This document shows, one piece after another, positions 17,952 to 29,288 of a stretch of DNA of 64,000 nucleotides. The translations under genes and the position numbers were made by a program. Each line of letters starts with the position of its first letter. Position 1 is the first letter of the stretch. The notes beneath the pieces were generated by a model, which worked only from the letters and a program-made list of their open reading frames with translations, was not told the DNA's origin and did no database searches. Where the stretch lies: the IMG/VR virus record IMGVR_UViG_3300032242_000468, positions 55,274-119,273 of that record; one strand, written 5' to 3'. This DNA comes from a virus.

Positions 17952-19289
17952 ATGGCTGACGTAGCTCAATTAAAAGATCAACTTGCGGCAAATGAAGCAC
18001 AACGTAATGCTCTAGCGGCAAAACTAGGGCCAATGACTGATGACGCCAAAGCGGCATATCGGACTAAGGAGTTCTTTAATCCAGCCGGAAAGCAATATTC
18101 CGAGTTTTGGACTGGTCACTTGAATGGTGTAGAATATACTGACCCTCAAAAATTATATGAAGCGGCAGTAGCAGACTTCGAAGCAAAAGATGCCTTATAT
18201 ACAAAGACAGCAAGAGAATTCAATGGACTATTTCCAGAAAAAGACGCATTAGAAAAACAAATAGCAGATGCTGGATCCACTCCAGATGCTCCAACAGATA
18301 AAGAAGCCACAAGTAATGTTGATAATGCCGCTACTGCTAAACAAGAACAGCAACCTACTGAAAAAACAAATGACGCCCCTTCGCTAGAAGAGCAAACCAA
18401 CAAAGAATTAGCCGCTGCCTATGGTTATACTGATACAAATGTAACCAATTCAGATCCTAAAGAATTTAAAGGTGAAAGTGGGAATGCCCCACCCGACACA
18501 CCAGATCCTGATCATTCAGCCTCTGCCGCGCTACCTACTAGTGCAGAAGATGGGTATCAGATACCTCCAGACACCGGAGGTGGCAATACAAACAGTCAAG
18601 GTGGTGGAGGATATGAGTCAACTGGTGCTTCTACCAGGGCTTCGCCCTCAACTGTCAACTCTTCAAAATCTTCACCTGCACAGTCTAAATGGAGTGGTCC
18701 TGCAGATCTGCGTGTGTATATCAAAGTACCTGCAAGATTTGTTGAAAATGTCTACGCACCTGAAGTCAAACAAGCAGGGGGAATATTATTCCCTTACACT
18801 CCTTCAATCAGTTATGACTCGCAAGCCAGTTATGGCAGTGTAAATCCCCTACACTCAAACTACACTCAGCATTTCTTTAAAAATAGTTCCATAAGCAATA
18901 TCACTATCTCAGGTAAATTTACTGTACAAAATGAAGCAGAAGCGGCAGTATGGCTTACTACAGTTGAAATTTCAAGGCTATTGGTTAAAATGCCATTTGG
19001 AAAAGATCAAAACGCAGGCAGTGCTCCGCCTGTGTGTCGTTTACACGCCTACGGAGATTGGATATTTAATAATGTTCCTGTTGCTGTCACTAGTTTTAAA
19101 TTTGATTTACCCGACGGTGTTGATTATATTGCTAGAGGATATGACGGAACAGGGTACCACACCATGGTGCCAACAGTATCTACATTTTCTTATACCTTGA
19201 TACCAATGTATAGTAGACAAGAAATTAGAGATTTTAGTATTGACGAGTGGTTAACCTCACCGTCACATATTGGTAAAGGATATCTATAA
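17952..19289 (+). CDS. Baseplate/tail-tube initiator-like protein
   Basis: C-terminal domain FPYTPSI...HSNY...GSAPPVCRLHAYG...VPVAVTSF resembles tube-like baseplate proteins. First gene of the baseplate operon. Confidence 0.6.
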   Translation: MADVAQLKDQLAANEAQRNALAAKLGPMTDDAKAAYRTKEFFNPAGKQYSEFWTGHLNGVEYTDPQKLYEAAVADFEAKDALYTKTAREFNGLFPEKDALEKQIADAGSTPDAPTDKEATSNVDNAATAKQEQQPTEKTNDAPSLEEQTNKELAAAYGYTDTNVTNSDPKEFKGESGNAPPDTPDPDHSASAALPTSAEDGYQIPPDTGGGNTNSQGGGGYESTGASTRASPSTVNSSKSSPAQSKWSGPADLRVYIKVPARFVENVYAPEVKQAGGILFPYTPSISYDSQASYGSVNPLHSNYTQHFFKNSSISNITISGKFTVQNEAEAAVWLTTVEISRLLVKMPFGKDQNAGSAPPVCRLHAYGDWIFNNVPVAVTSFKFDLPDGVDYIARGYDGTGYHTMVPTVSTFSYTLIPMYSRQEIRDFSIDEWLTSPSHIGKGYL

Positions 19290-19591
19290 TGGCAACACTG
19301 TATTCAAAATCTAGTCCTTATTATGCTACCAGTACAGTAAATGGACATCTAGACATTCTTAATCTTAGAGACATACCTGCCGCGGCAGATGATGTCCTAT
19401 ACACAGTTCCGCAAGTCTATTCTCTAAGACCTGATCTAATGGCTTACGATTTATACGGCGATGAAAAATTATGGTGGGTATTTGCCGTAAGAAACAAAGA
19501 CGTTATTCAAGATTCTATATACGATATGCTGGCCGGACAACGAATCTATCTGCCTACTACAAACACTTTAAAAAGTCTAGGTATTTTATAA
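19289..19591 (+). CDS. Baseplate wedge protein (gp53/LysM-like)
   Basis: RPDLMAYDLYGDEKLWWVFAVRN motif. Confidence 0.8.
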   Translation: MATLYSKSSPYYATSTVNGHLDILNLRDIPAAADDVLYTVPQVYSLRPDLMAYDLYGDEKLWWVFAVRNKDVIQDSIYDMLAGQRIYLPTTNTLKSLGIL

Positions 19592-19592
19592 T

Positions 19593-22500
19593 ATGGCATC
19601 AAGATTAAATTCTTTTACCGATCCTAGGTCTGCTCTTTTTAATTCTGATAAATCGGCAGTAGATAACGGTGGTCCTGTTGTTGTTAATAAAAATCCTGCT
19701 ACACCGGTAGCACCTGTTAATGCTCCTGTTGAGATAAACATCCTAGATTCTTATCGATCAGTAACTTATAATTTTATACTATCGGCAGTGTCTCCTGACA
19801 TGCTGAAAGATCCTAATCAAGAATGGCGAAAAAGTCCGTTAAAATATGTTATTGCTTCTTCAAAAGGTAAAGCCGCAAATGCTATTTCTTCTGATACTGC
19901 TAAAGGAGATAACATAAAATTAGTACAGGCTTTTAATCAAAAAAGTCCTGGTGCTTTTGATCTTTTTATTGACAATGTTGAAATAGACACTATTATGGCT
20001 CCTTCAGAACAAACAGGTCCTGCTCTAGGTACTAAAGTTGCATTTGAAGTATATGAGCCCTTTAGTGTAAACGGTTTTATAGAAGCACTTCATGCTTCTG
20101 CTATCGCGGCAGGATGGGATGGGTATCTAAACGGATCTTTTGTTTTAAAAATAGAATTTGTAGGGTTTCCTGACAAAGAAACTAAACCTACGGATCAAGG
20201 AACACTGATAACTGAAAAATATGTACCTGTAAAAATTGTAGGAGTTGATATTGATGTAACAGAACAAGGAACAAGATATAAAGTTAAAGGAATTCCTGTT
20301 AACGAACTTGCTCATGCAAATTACAATAAACTAACTGTCTCTAAACAAATGACTGGAGCAACTGTAGGAGAAGTGCTTACAAATTTGGCAAAAGGTTTAA
20401 GCGCGGATTTAGCAGATAGGGCTAAAAAAGAAAAGAAAGATGAAAAACTAGTAGATTCCTACGAAATCTTATTTCCAAAACAACCAGACAACGGGCAGTC
20501 GATAGATCTTAAAAGCGTTAATGAGATTTCTAAAAAACCAATTAACAAAACTTTAACTACCAATAATGTTTATCAATTTAAAGATCTAAAAGAAAAAGAA
20601 AATAATCCTAAAGGTACTGATCCTCAAAACAAGTATGATGCTCAAAATAGCATTGTTCAATTTCCGGTAGATGCTGATATACTTGACATTATAACAGCAG
20701 TAATCCGAGATAGTGAATATGTTAAAGATTTATTAAAAAAAGTCAAAGACGAAGCGGTAGACGATGACGGCATGATAGATTATTTTCAAATAGTAGTTAA
20801 TGCTATTCCTACAGGATACGATGATACCAATAGTGTTCACTGCTATAAGTACCAATATCTAGTAGTTCCTTATAAAGTTCATACCAGTAAATTACCAGAT
20901 CAGCAGTTCAATAAATTTAGTCCTAAACAGTTTAATAAAATTCTAAAAAGATCCTATGATTATTTTTATGGTGGGCACAATGTTGATGTGTTAAATTTTA
21001 AACTTCATTTTAATAACTTATACTTCCAGGCGGCTAATGCTAACCAAGGTAACAAGCCTGTATCAGAAACATCAAATGCAGTGGCTACAAATGGTGATGA
21101 GGACAAAGTAAAAAAAGACAAACAGCAGGCAAAAGACAAAGATAAATCCAGCGTTGGAGTTTCTGGATCTAAGCCAATTGTCAGCGCTGGTAAAGATGCC
21201 AGTCTAGTTTCTGGTGCACACCAAGATGACCCCTATTGGCAATTGTCTTACAATGCTCATCAAAGCATATTAGAAAGTGTAAATCTCATCAATGCAGACA
21301 TAGACATAATGGGAGATCCCTATTATCTATGTACTAGCGGCATGGGAAATTATTTGCCCAAAATAAAAGATCTTGCTACAACATCGGACGGTGAAGCAAA
21401 TTTTACTGCGACTCCTGTAGTCATAAGATTTAATTTTAGAAATCCCACTGACATAGGTCCAGACGGCTATCTTGTTTTTGGCGGAGAATTAACTCCTTTC
21501 AGCGGCCTATACCAGATAGTGAAATGTGTAAGCAAGTTCAATGACGGTATGTTCAAACAGAATTTAAAAGGTTTTCGGTACCAAGGACAACTGCCGGGGG
21601 ATTCACCAGAACCTACCAAAGTTGCGCCAGGTCTTGTCACTGAGCCCAACCCACTGAATACATTGGTCAAAGATTCTGCTCCAGCCGATGCTAAACAGTC
21701 GGGTGTAAGAATTCCACAATTAAATGTACAATCACTACTGGCTAAAAATCTTCCTACAAATGGTTTACCTGGTAGTCTAAACGACCTTATGGGCGGCGGG
21801 CTTTCTATACCAGGAATGAGCGATTTCCTATCAGGTGCAAGTAGTATTGGTTCGGACCTTTTATCGGCAGGAAAAGGTTTATTAGGCAATGCCGCAAGTG
21901 TATTCGGTGGTGGCGGATTAGGATCAATTGCAGGTATTGCAGGGCAAGCATCGTCACTGCTTAGTAATCCATTAGGTGCAGTTAGCAATTTAGCCAATGG
22001 TGCAATATCTGGAGTAGGAAGTTTAATATCAAATCCCAGTAGTTTACTATCACAGGTGCCTGGTGTTAGCCAAGGACTGAACGCTATTAACCAGGCTAGT
22101 AACGGTCTAGGCTTATCAGTTGGTAATGCGTTAAGCGGCTCTAATCCGTTAATTTCAGGAATTAGAGCGGATGCTTCTGTAGTCAGCGGCGTTGCAGATC
22201 AACTGAAAAATGCAGGAGCATCTATTGCAGATGCCAGTTCTAATATGATTGCTAATGTTACTAGTATTGCCGGCAACATACCGGGAGTAGATCAGGCCAG
22301 TGCTATCATTGCAGACGCTAAAGCAGGCGGTATATCTCCTAGTTTTGCTCTTAAGGCAGCAGGATCATTTGGTATAAATTTACCTAATGTGAGTGGGTTA
22401 ACTCCAGGTGCACTTACAGATAAACTGGGAATAGACCCCAGTCAGTTGTCCGGATTAGGCGGGAAATTAGGCCTAGATGCAGGACAATTATCTAGTCAAA

Positions 22501-22982
22501 TTTCAGATATAACCAAGTCATTACCGGAAAACGTAAACTTAGGCGATGCTAAAAAGTTAGGTCTAAGTTTAGGAAATCTAAACAAAGTTACTCTTCAGAA
22601 TATACCTGCTATTCCGTCTTTAACTATCAAGGCTCCTGATGTAGAAAAATCAATAGCCGACCAATTAATTGACAGTCCGGGAGATCCTAAAATTCTAGCC
22701 CAGTTTGGTATGACACCTGCTATGGGGGCTCTTACTTCTAATATAGGTGGATCGCTACCTAATCTTGATAGTTTGAAATCTGGTCTAACAGGTGCTATTC
22801 CGTCGGCAAGTAGTTTAGTTGCTGATGCTCAAGCAGGGTTTGGGTCTAGTATAACTTCTCAATTAGGAAGTTTAACAGGGGGTAGTCCATTAGATAAATT
22901 AAACATACCTAGTGTTGATAGTTTAACTGCACAGGCTTCAAATTTAACTTCTTCGATATCATCAAACTTAGGAATAGGATAA
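19593..22982 (+). CDS. Baseplate hub protein (gp27-like) with long low-complexity C-terminal extension
   Basis: Lies between the gp53-like and gp5-like genes. IMGDPYY...SGLYQIVKCVSKFNDGMFKQ resembles hub C-terminal motifs. Confidence 0.6.
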   Translation: MASRLNSFTDPRSALFNSDKSAVDNGGPVVVNKNPATPVAPVNAPVEINILDSYRSVTYNFILSAVSPDMLKDPNQEWRKSPLKYVIASSKGKAANAISSDTAKGDNIKLVQAFNQKSPGAFDLFIDNVEIDTIMAPSEQTGPALGTKVAFEVYEPFSVNGFIEALHASAIAAGWDGYLNGSFVLKIEFVGFPDKETKPTDQGTLITEKYVPVKIVGVDIDVTEQGTRYKVKGIPVNELAHANYNKLTVSKQMTGATVGEVLTNLAKGLSADLADRAKKEKKDEKLVDSYEILFPKQPDNGQSIDLKSVNEISKKPINKTLTTNNVYQFKDLKEKENNPKGTDPQNKYDAQNSIVQFPVDADILDIITAVIRDSEYVKDLLKKVKDEAVDDDGMIDYFQIVVNAIPTGYDDTNSVHCYKYQYLVVPYKVHTSKLPDQQFNKFSPKQFNKILKRSYDYFYGGHNVDVLNFKLHFNNLYFQAANANQGNKPVSETSNAVATNGDEDKVKKDKQQAKDKDKSSVGVSGSKPIVSAGKDASLVSGAHQDDPYWQLSYNAHQSILESVNLINADIDIMGDPYYLCTSGMGNYLPKIKDLATTSDGEANFTATPVVIRFNFRNPTDIGPDGYLVFGGELTPFSGLYQIVKCVSKFNDGMFKQNLKGFRYQGQLPGDSPEPTKVAPGLVTEPNPLNTLVKDSAPADAKQSGVRIPQLNVQSLLAKNLPTNGLPGSLNDLMGGGLSIPGMSDFLSGASSIGSDLLSAGKGLLGNAASVFGGGGLGSIAGIAGQASSLLSNPLGAVSNLANGAISGVGSLISNPSSLLSQVPGVSQGLNAINQASNGLGLSVGNALSGSNPLISGIRADASVVSGVADQLKNAGASIADASSNMIANVTSIAGNIPGVDQASAIIADAKAGGISPSFALKAAGSFGINLPNVSGLTPGALTDKLGIDPSQLSGLGGKLGLDAGQLSSQISDITKSLPENVNLGDAKKLGLSLGNLNKVTLQNIPAIPSLTIKAPDVEKSIADQLIDSPGDPKILAQFGMTPAMGALTSNIGGSLPNLDSLKSGLTGAIPSASSLVADAQAGFGSSITSQLGSLTGGSPLDKLNIPSVDSLTAQASNLTSSISSNLGIG

Positions 22983-22983
22983 T

Positions 22984-25353
22984 ATGCCAGATTTAGAACG
23001 TGCTGCCAAGGGCATATATGGTAAAGGTAACAAGAATTTACCTAGCGCCGGTCCTTGGCTTGGAGTTGTTGTAAACCATCTAGACCCTACATACATGGGT
23101 GCACTAGAAGTTAGTCTTTTAAGTTCTACTCAACAGAATACAGAGTTTGAAGATCAGACCTTTGTTGTGCAATATTGTTCCCCTTTTATGGGATCAACCT
23201 CAGTTTCTTTTGAAGGTAATAATTCTTCTGATTATAATAGTGTACAAAAAAGTTATGGATTTTGGGCTGTACCGCCAGATCTAGGTGCTACAGTTATGTG
23301 TATTTTCTTAAACGGAAATCGCAACGCAGGATATTGGATAGGGTGTGTTCAAGACAGATATCAAAATCATATGATTCCGGGAATTGCCGCAAGCCAGAAC
23401 GTGGCAATGACACCTGAAGATGAAAAGAAATACGGTACAAGATATCTGCCTGTGGCAGAATTTTTAAAAAGTACTAGGAAAGATGATACTGCAAATAGTC
23501 AGGATATCAATACACCAAACAAATACAACAAGCCAGTTTTTAAACCATTTGCTGATAGATTGTTAGCACAGGGATTGTTATTAGATACTGTACGTGGACC
23601 TACTTCCAGTAGTGCTAGACGCGAATTACCGTCTGCTGTATTTGGAATTTCTACACCTGGTCCTATTGACGAAAAAAGTGAAAAGAAAGAGATACCTTTT
23701 ACCAGTGTAGCCAATGCGGGCGATTCTTCTACTTCAGTAAAAATTCCTGTTCATAGGTTAGGAGGAAGTTCATTCGTCATGGATGACGGTGATAAAGATG
23801 GGCAAAATGAACTTGTAAGAATTCGCACTAGAACAGGCCATCAAATACTTTTACACAATACTCACGATTTAATTTACATTGCAAACAGCAGGGGAACATC
23901 CTGGATTGAAATGACCAGTGATGGCAAAATAGATATCTATGCGGCTGACAGTGTCAGTATTCATACCGAGACCGATTTTAATTTTAGAGCAGATAGAGAT
24001 ATAAATTTTGAAGCAGGCCGAGATATGAATGTGTCTGTTAAGGGTTCTTATCAGATGGATATTACTAATGATTACACCTTAATTGTTCAAGGGAATGGTA
24101 GACTTGCTTTTGAAGGTGATTATGATTTGACAGTATCTGGAGATTCAAAAAGTACAATTTCGGGAGATGTGCATATTGGTGGTTCTGGATCAATATACCA
24201 GACTACATTGGGGGAAACACATATTCGATCTTCTTCTAATATATATTATGAAACTGGAGGAAATTATAATCTCATTGCTGGGAAAGATTTTTTCTCAAAG
24301 AGCGGTGCAAGTACAAATATTGTAGTTGGCGCAGATTATAAATTACAGGCTGAAGGTTCTACTAACATTACATCTAGTCATCACATCGAAACTGCTGATA
24401 CTATTGACATGAACGGTCCCACTGCCGCAACTCCTGATGCTCCGGCACCGACAGATGCGGCCTATACTGCTTCGGTTCCTTCTGGACTACCTAAATTTTA
24501 TCTACCTAATAGAAATAAAGATGGCGGATGGGGAGATGGACAATTTTATAAGGGAAATGACATAGAATCTATCATGAAACGTGTGCCCACACACGAACCA
24601 TGGGATCAACATGAAAATAATAATCGCTCTGAATTTAGTCCCAGTAAAACTGATATCGGAGCGGCGGCACCAACACAAAGAGATAAACAAGGAACAGCCG
24701 CTGGATCTAGTCCGGCCGCAACAGATAATCCTCCGGATAATTTAAACAGGAAAGAAATGGCAGCCGATTGGGTACAAGATGCTGGATTCTTAAAAGCAGT
24801 TAAAGATACTGCTAAGTCTTTAAACTGCTCCTTTATTGATCTATTATGCTGTATGGCATTTGAAACAGGTCGTACATTTAATCCTGCATTACGCAATAGT
24901 ATTGGAGCAACAGGATTGATTCAGTTTATTAAACCAACAGCAATTGCTCTGGGAACAACAACTGATGCATTAGCCGCAATGACTCGAACTGAACAAATGG
25001 ATTATGTAAAAACTTATTTCAAGAAAGGTCCTGTTGCCAAAGTTTCTAATCCTCAGTTAGAAGATTTATATATGCAAATCTTATGGCCTGCGGCAGTTGG
25101 AAAACCTTTAGATTATGTTTTATTCAAAGAGCCTACTAAAGCCTACGAACAAAACAAAGGTTTAGATAGAGAGAAGAAAGGTTATGTAACTAAATCAGAT
25201 GCCGCAAGTAAAGTAAGAGATCAGTTAGGTTATATAAGAACACAACTACTAAAAGTACCTAGTGATGCCCAACCTGTTACAGATGGTTCAGGAAATCCTG
25301 TAACAGATAGTTCGGGTAATCGTGTAACATATGGCGGAAATTCTAATCAGTAA
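22984..25353 (+). CDS. Central spike (gp5/VgrG-like) with C-terminal lytic transglycosylase
   Basis: N-terminal OB-fold region (DPTYMGALEV, SYGFWAVPPD), IRTRTGHQI, beta-helix repeats, then an SLT-like FETGRTFNP...GATGLIQF motif. Confidence 0.85.
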   Translation: MPDLERAAKGIYGKGNKNLPSAGPWLGVVVNHLDPTYMGALEVSLLSSTQQNTEFEDQTFVVQYCSPFMGSTSVSFEGNNSSDYNSVQKSYGFWAVPPDLGATVMCIFLNGNRNAGYWIGCVQDRYQNHMIPGIAASQNVAMTPEDEKKYGTRYLPVAEFLKSTRKDDTANSQDINTPNKYNKPVFKPFADRLLAQGLLLDTVRGPTSSSARRELPSAVFGISTPGPIDEKSEKKEIPFTSVANAGDSSTSVKIPVHRLGGSSFVMDDGDKDGQNELVRIRTRTGHQILLHNTHDLIYIANSRGTSWIEMTSDGKIDIYAADSVSIHTETDFNFRADRDINFEAGRDMNVSVKGSYQMDITNDYTLIVQGNGRLAFEGDYDLTVSGDSKSTISGDVHIGGSGSIYQTTLGETHIRSSSNIYYETGGNYNLIAGKDFFSKSGASTNIVVGADYKLQAEGSTNITSSHHIETADTIDMNGPTAATPDAPAPTDAAYTASVPSGLPKFYLPNRNKDGGWGDGQFYKGNDIESIMKRVPTHEPWDQHENNNRSEFSPSKTDIGAAAPTQRDKQGTAAGSSPAATDNPPDNLNRKEMAADWVQDAGFLKAVKDTAKSLNCSFIDLLCCMAFETGRTFNPALRNSIGATGLIQFIKPTAIALGTTTDALAAMTRTEQMDYVKTYFKKGPVAKVSNPQLEDLYMQILWPAAVGKPLDYVLFKEPTKAYEQNKGLDREKKGYVTKSDAASKVRDQLGYIRTQLLKVPSDAQPVTDGSGNPVTDSSGNRVTYGGNSNQ

Positions 25354-25361
25354 ATAACACT

Positions 25362-25796
25362 ATGGTACAAAAAAATATTATCCTTCAACCGGCAAACATT
25401 AAGTCTCAAACTACTGTAAAATCTAGTCAATTTTACAAAGGTTTTAGTACTGTTGTCGAAACTGACACTATTCCTAGACAATATGATTTTGATGTAGTAA
25501 AACAAGATTTATTAAATCGGCTAAACACTCGCAAAGGTGAAAGAGTAATGAATCCTAAGTTTGGAACAATCATATGGGATCTTATCTACGAACCCTTAAC
25601 TCTTGACGTTAAACAAAAAATTGCCGATGATTTAAATTCTATATTAACTAGTGATCCGAGAGTAATTCCTACTCAGATAAACATTGTTGAACAAGATTAC
25701 GGATTTTTTATTGAATTAACTGTAACCTATGCAAATACTGATCAGTCCGAGCAGATAAAACTTTCATTTGATCGTAATGCAGGGCTACTAGGTTAA
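25362..25796 (+). CDS. gp25: Baseplate wedge protein (gp25-like)
   Basis: TRKGERVMNPKFGTIIWDLIYEP...DPRV motif. Confidence 0.9.
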   Translation: MVQKNIILQPANIKSQTTVKSSQFYKGFSTVVETDTIPRQYDFDVVKQDLLNRLNTRKGERVMNPKFGTIIWDLIYEPLTLDVKQKIADDLNSILTSDPRVIPTQINIVEQDYGFFIELTVTYANTDQSEQIKLSFDRNAGLLG

Positions 25797-25847
25797 AACA
25801 CCAGGTTTATAACCGTAATAAATACCTTATACACGGTACTTGCTTAT

Positions 25848-28800
25848 ATGATTCCATCAACAAATTCAAAACTTTTAGTTGCTGAGGATTGGACAAAGAT
25901 ATACCAATCTTTTAACAATTCTGATTTTAAGTCTTATGATTTCGAAACTCTAAGACGCACAATGATTCAGTATCTTCGCGAAAATTATCCCGAAGATTTC
26001 AATGACTATATTGATTCTAGTGAATATGTTGCTCTGATAGATTTAATTGCTTACTTAGGACAGAATCTAAGTTTTCGAGTTGACCTAAATGCTCGAGAAA
26101 ACTTTTTAGAAACTGCACAAAGACGTGATAGTATTCTTCGTCTAGCACAGTTAATTAATTATAATCCATCTCGATCAGTTCCGGCTAGTGGACTATTAAA
26201 AATTACCAGCATCAGCACCACTGATAATGTATTTGATTCTGCAGGTATCAATCTTGCTAATACTTCTATTTCTTGGAATGATTCTACAAATGTTAATTGG
26301 TACAGTCAGTTTTTATCAGTTTTAAATTCTGCAATGCCCGCCAACAGTACATTTGGGAAACCTTACGATAAATCACTAATTGCAGGAATTCCTACCGAGC
26401 GTTATCAAATTTCAAGTGCATTAAACGATGTTCCTATTTTTGGATTTTCAAAATCCATAAATGGTATTCCTACAAGTTTTGAAGTTGTAGGTGCAACCTT
26501 TGCAAATAAGAACTACATTTACGAATCTACTCCTATTCCTAATGCCAATTTTGATTTTTTGTTTAGAAACGATACACGTGGAAATTCAAGTCCTAACACT
26601 GGCTTTTTTGCTTTCTTCAAACAAGGCTCTTTATCTTCTAATCAGTTTGCCGTTGATGTTCCTGTACAAAATGAAATAGTTGGAGTTAATGTTACAAACA
26701 TAAACGAATCAGATGTGTGGCTATGGCAATTGGATTCTAATGGAAACTACAATACACTATGGACAAAAGTTGATGCAATAACCGGTAATAATGTTATCTA
26801 TAATAATGTATCTAACAGCGAAAGAAATATCTATGCGGTTAGTACTAGAATACAGGATCAAATTGATTTAAATTTTGCTGATGGTGCATTTGGTAACTTA
26901 CCAAAAGGAAATTTTGTTTTATACTACAGACAGAGCAACGGATTATCTTATGCAATTTCTCCTGATCAAATTAACGGTATTCAGATAAAATTACCGTACT
27001 ATAATAAATCAGGACAAAAAAATATCCTGTCTCTAACTCTTTCTTTACAATACACAGTTGATAATGCGGCCGGTTCAGAAACAGATGCTAATATTAAATT
27101 AAAAGCACCCCAGGCATACTATACACAAAATCGTATGGTTACTGCTGAAGACTATAATATCAGTCCATTAACAGCAGGCACAGACATTTTAAAAGTTAAA
27201 AGTGTAAACAGAATATCTAGTGGCATTTCTAAATACTACGAGTTAAATGATATTAGTGGAAAATATAGTTCTGTAAATATTTTTGCTAATGATGGTACAA
27301 TATATAAAAATAATATTATTCAACAGTTTAATTTTACATTTAATGGACGAAACGACATTTATGCTATTCTTGTCAACAAAATTGCACCTATTCTTCAGTC
27401 TAATGATCTTAAGCATTTTTACTATGATCAATATCGTAGATCATCTAATTATAGCAGTTTAATAGGCGGATCAAAAATTATTCCAACAAATGTTTCTTGG
27501 AAAATGTTAACTTCGACAACCAATCAAACTACAGGATATTTTCAAAATACACTAACTTCTACTCCGTTGCCTACAGGTTATTTTAGTTCAATTGAATTGA
27601 AATATGCTATAACTGGTGCTTTAATTAAATTTACTCCACCGGCTGGGAAGTTTTTTTTACCTAATGGAAAACTTACTTCTTTATATGATAATACCACAAG
27701 GGATTATTTTTGGTCATCTCTTGTTCTTACAATAGGCGACGGCTATAATAGTGGTATTGGCACGTTAACAGACGGAACTGGTCCTATAACATTGACTAAT
27801 TATGTTGCTAGCGGTGCTGTTGTATCTGAAATTATCCCTCCAATAGTTACATCTCTTACCCCTGCACTACAGTCAGAAATTCTAAATCTGTGCGTAGGCT
27901 ATAGGAATTTTGGTCTGAGATTTTCTAGAGATGATAATTCTTGGTATGTTATTAATGATACTGATCTTAATGTGAATAGTCCTTTTAGTCTAATCTATCA
28001 AGGAGACACAACAAATACCAATAGGGATGCCAGTTGGATATTTTCTTTTATGTGGACCGGTATTGACTATGAAGTGAAATATAGATATGTAGAATATTTG
28101 TTTGAAAGCGTACAAGAAACCTCGTTTAATTACGATAATACAGCAAAAAAATATGATTTTGTATCTAACACAATTATTAAAGATATAATAACTGTATTAA
28201 AAATTAACGATAAAGGAATATCTCCATATAGTTTAGGAGTAGATTACTTATGGCAGTTAGATAATAATATCATTGAAGCCGATGGTTATATTGAACCTAA
28301 GAAGGTTAAAATATCTTTTTACGATTCTCAAGATGACGGCAAGATAGATGACCCTGATAGTTTTGACCTTATTGTTCAGCCTGATAGCATAAATGCTCAA
28401 ACAAACTACAATTATCAGTTTGTTTATTTTCAATCAAGTTCCGATGGTTTACGATATTCAATAGTAGATCCTTCTATGTTTATTGCATATCCCAACGAAA
28501 CATCGATTCCTTCTTTACTATTACGTGAAGGACAACTATATTATCTTTACGATTCTGCAGTAAATGTTGTTGTTCGGTATTCTAAATTTACACCAACTCC
28601 ATTTACTCTGCAACCTCAATACTTTGCTAAAATAGGACGTAGAGATCTTAAATTCCATTATCAACATAATAGTGCAGACGACAGGAGATTAGACCCTAGT
28701 AAAACTAATCTAATTGATATCTATATGTTGACAGGATCTTATGATACTGTATATAGATCTTGGTTGGCATCAGGTACTGGTTCGGAACCAATGCCGCCCA

Positions 28801-29288
28801 CTAGTTCTTCATTAGAAGAAAATTATAGTTTGGTTCTTGAACCTATTAAATCTATTAGCGATCAATTGATTTATCAGTCAGTAAAGTATAAACCCTTATT
28901 TGGCCCACAAGCACCTTTAAATCTACAGGCAGTATTTAGAGTGGTAAAAAATAATTCGTTAAGTATTTCAGATAACGATATAAAAATAAAAGTTATAAGA
29001 GGCATAACTGATTTCTTTAAATTAGATAATTGGGATTTTGGCCAGACTTTTTATTTTAGTGAATTATCTACATATATCATGAATTTGTTAACCCCTTATA
29101 TTACTAATTTTATTATTGTGCCAAAATCAGATATACCATTCGGCAGTCTTTACGAAATTGCCTGTCAGACAAATGAGATATTTGTTAGTTGTGCAACTGT
29201 TAATGATATTGAAATAATAGAAGCCATAACAGCATCACAAATCAAGACAACAGCAACAATAGTAACCAGTTCTGTAGGAGTGTATTAA
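25848..29288 (+). CDS. gp6: Baseplate wedge subunit (gp6-like)
   Basis: DFETLR...ENFLETAQRRDSILRLA, FADGAFGNLP, QNRMVTAEDY motifs. Confidence 0.88.
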   Translation: MIPSTNSKLLVAEDWTKIYQSFNNSDFKSYDFETLRRTMIQYLRENYPEDFNDYIDSSEYVALIDLIAYLGQNLSFRVDLNARENFLETAQRRDSILRLAQLINYNPSRSVPASGLLKITSISTTDNVFDSAGINLANTSISWNDSTNVNWYSQFLSVLNSAMPANSTFGKPYDKSLIAGIPTERYQISSALNDVPIFGFSKSINGIPTSFEVVGATFANKNYIYESTPIPNANFDFLFRNDTRGNSSPNTGFFAFFKQGSLSSNQFAVDVPVQNEIVGVNVTNINESDVWLWQLDSNGNYNTLWTKVDAITGNNVIYNNVSNSERNIYAVSTRIQDQIDLNFADGAFGNLPKGNFVLYYRQSNGLSYAISPDQINGIQIKLPYYNKSGQKNILSLTLSLQYTVDNAAGSETDANIKLKAPQAYYTQNRMVTAEDYNISPLTAGTDILKVKSVNRISSGISKYYELNDISGKYSSVNIFANDGTIYKNNIIQQFNFTFNGRNDIYAILVNKIAPILQSNDLKHFYYDQYRRSSNYSSLIGGSKIIPTNVSWKMLTSTTNQTTGYFQNTLTSTPLPTGYFSSIELKYAITGALIKFTPPAGKFFLPNGKLTSLYDNTTRDYFWSSLVLTIGDGYNSGIGTLTDGTGPITLTNYVASGAVVSEIIPPIVTSLTPALQSEILNLCVGYRNFGLRFSRDDNSWYVINDTDLNVNSPFSLIYQGDTTNTNRDASWIFSFMWTGIDYEVKYRYVEYLFESVQETSFNYDNTAKKYDFVSNTIIKDIITVLKINDKGISPYSLGVDYLWQLDNNIIEADGYIEPKKVKISFYDSQDDGKIDDPDSFDLIVQPDSINAQTNYNYQFVYFQSSSDGLRYSIVDPSMFIAYPNETSIPSLLLREGQLYYLYDSAVNVVVRYSKFTPTPFTLQPQYFAKIGRRDLKFHYQHNSADDRRLDPSKTNLIDIYMLTGSYDTVYRSWLASGTGSEPMPPTSSSLEENYSLVLEPIKSISDQLIYQSVKYKPLFGPQAPLNLQAVFRVVKNNSLSISDNDIKIKVIRGITDFFKLDNWDFGQTFYFSELSTYIMNLLTPYITNFIIVPKSDIPFGSLYEIACQTNEIFVSCATVNDIEIIEAITASQIKTTATIVTSSVGVY

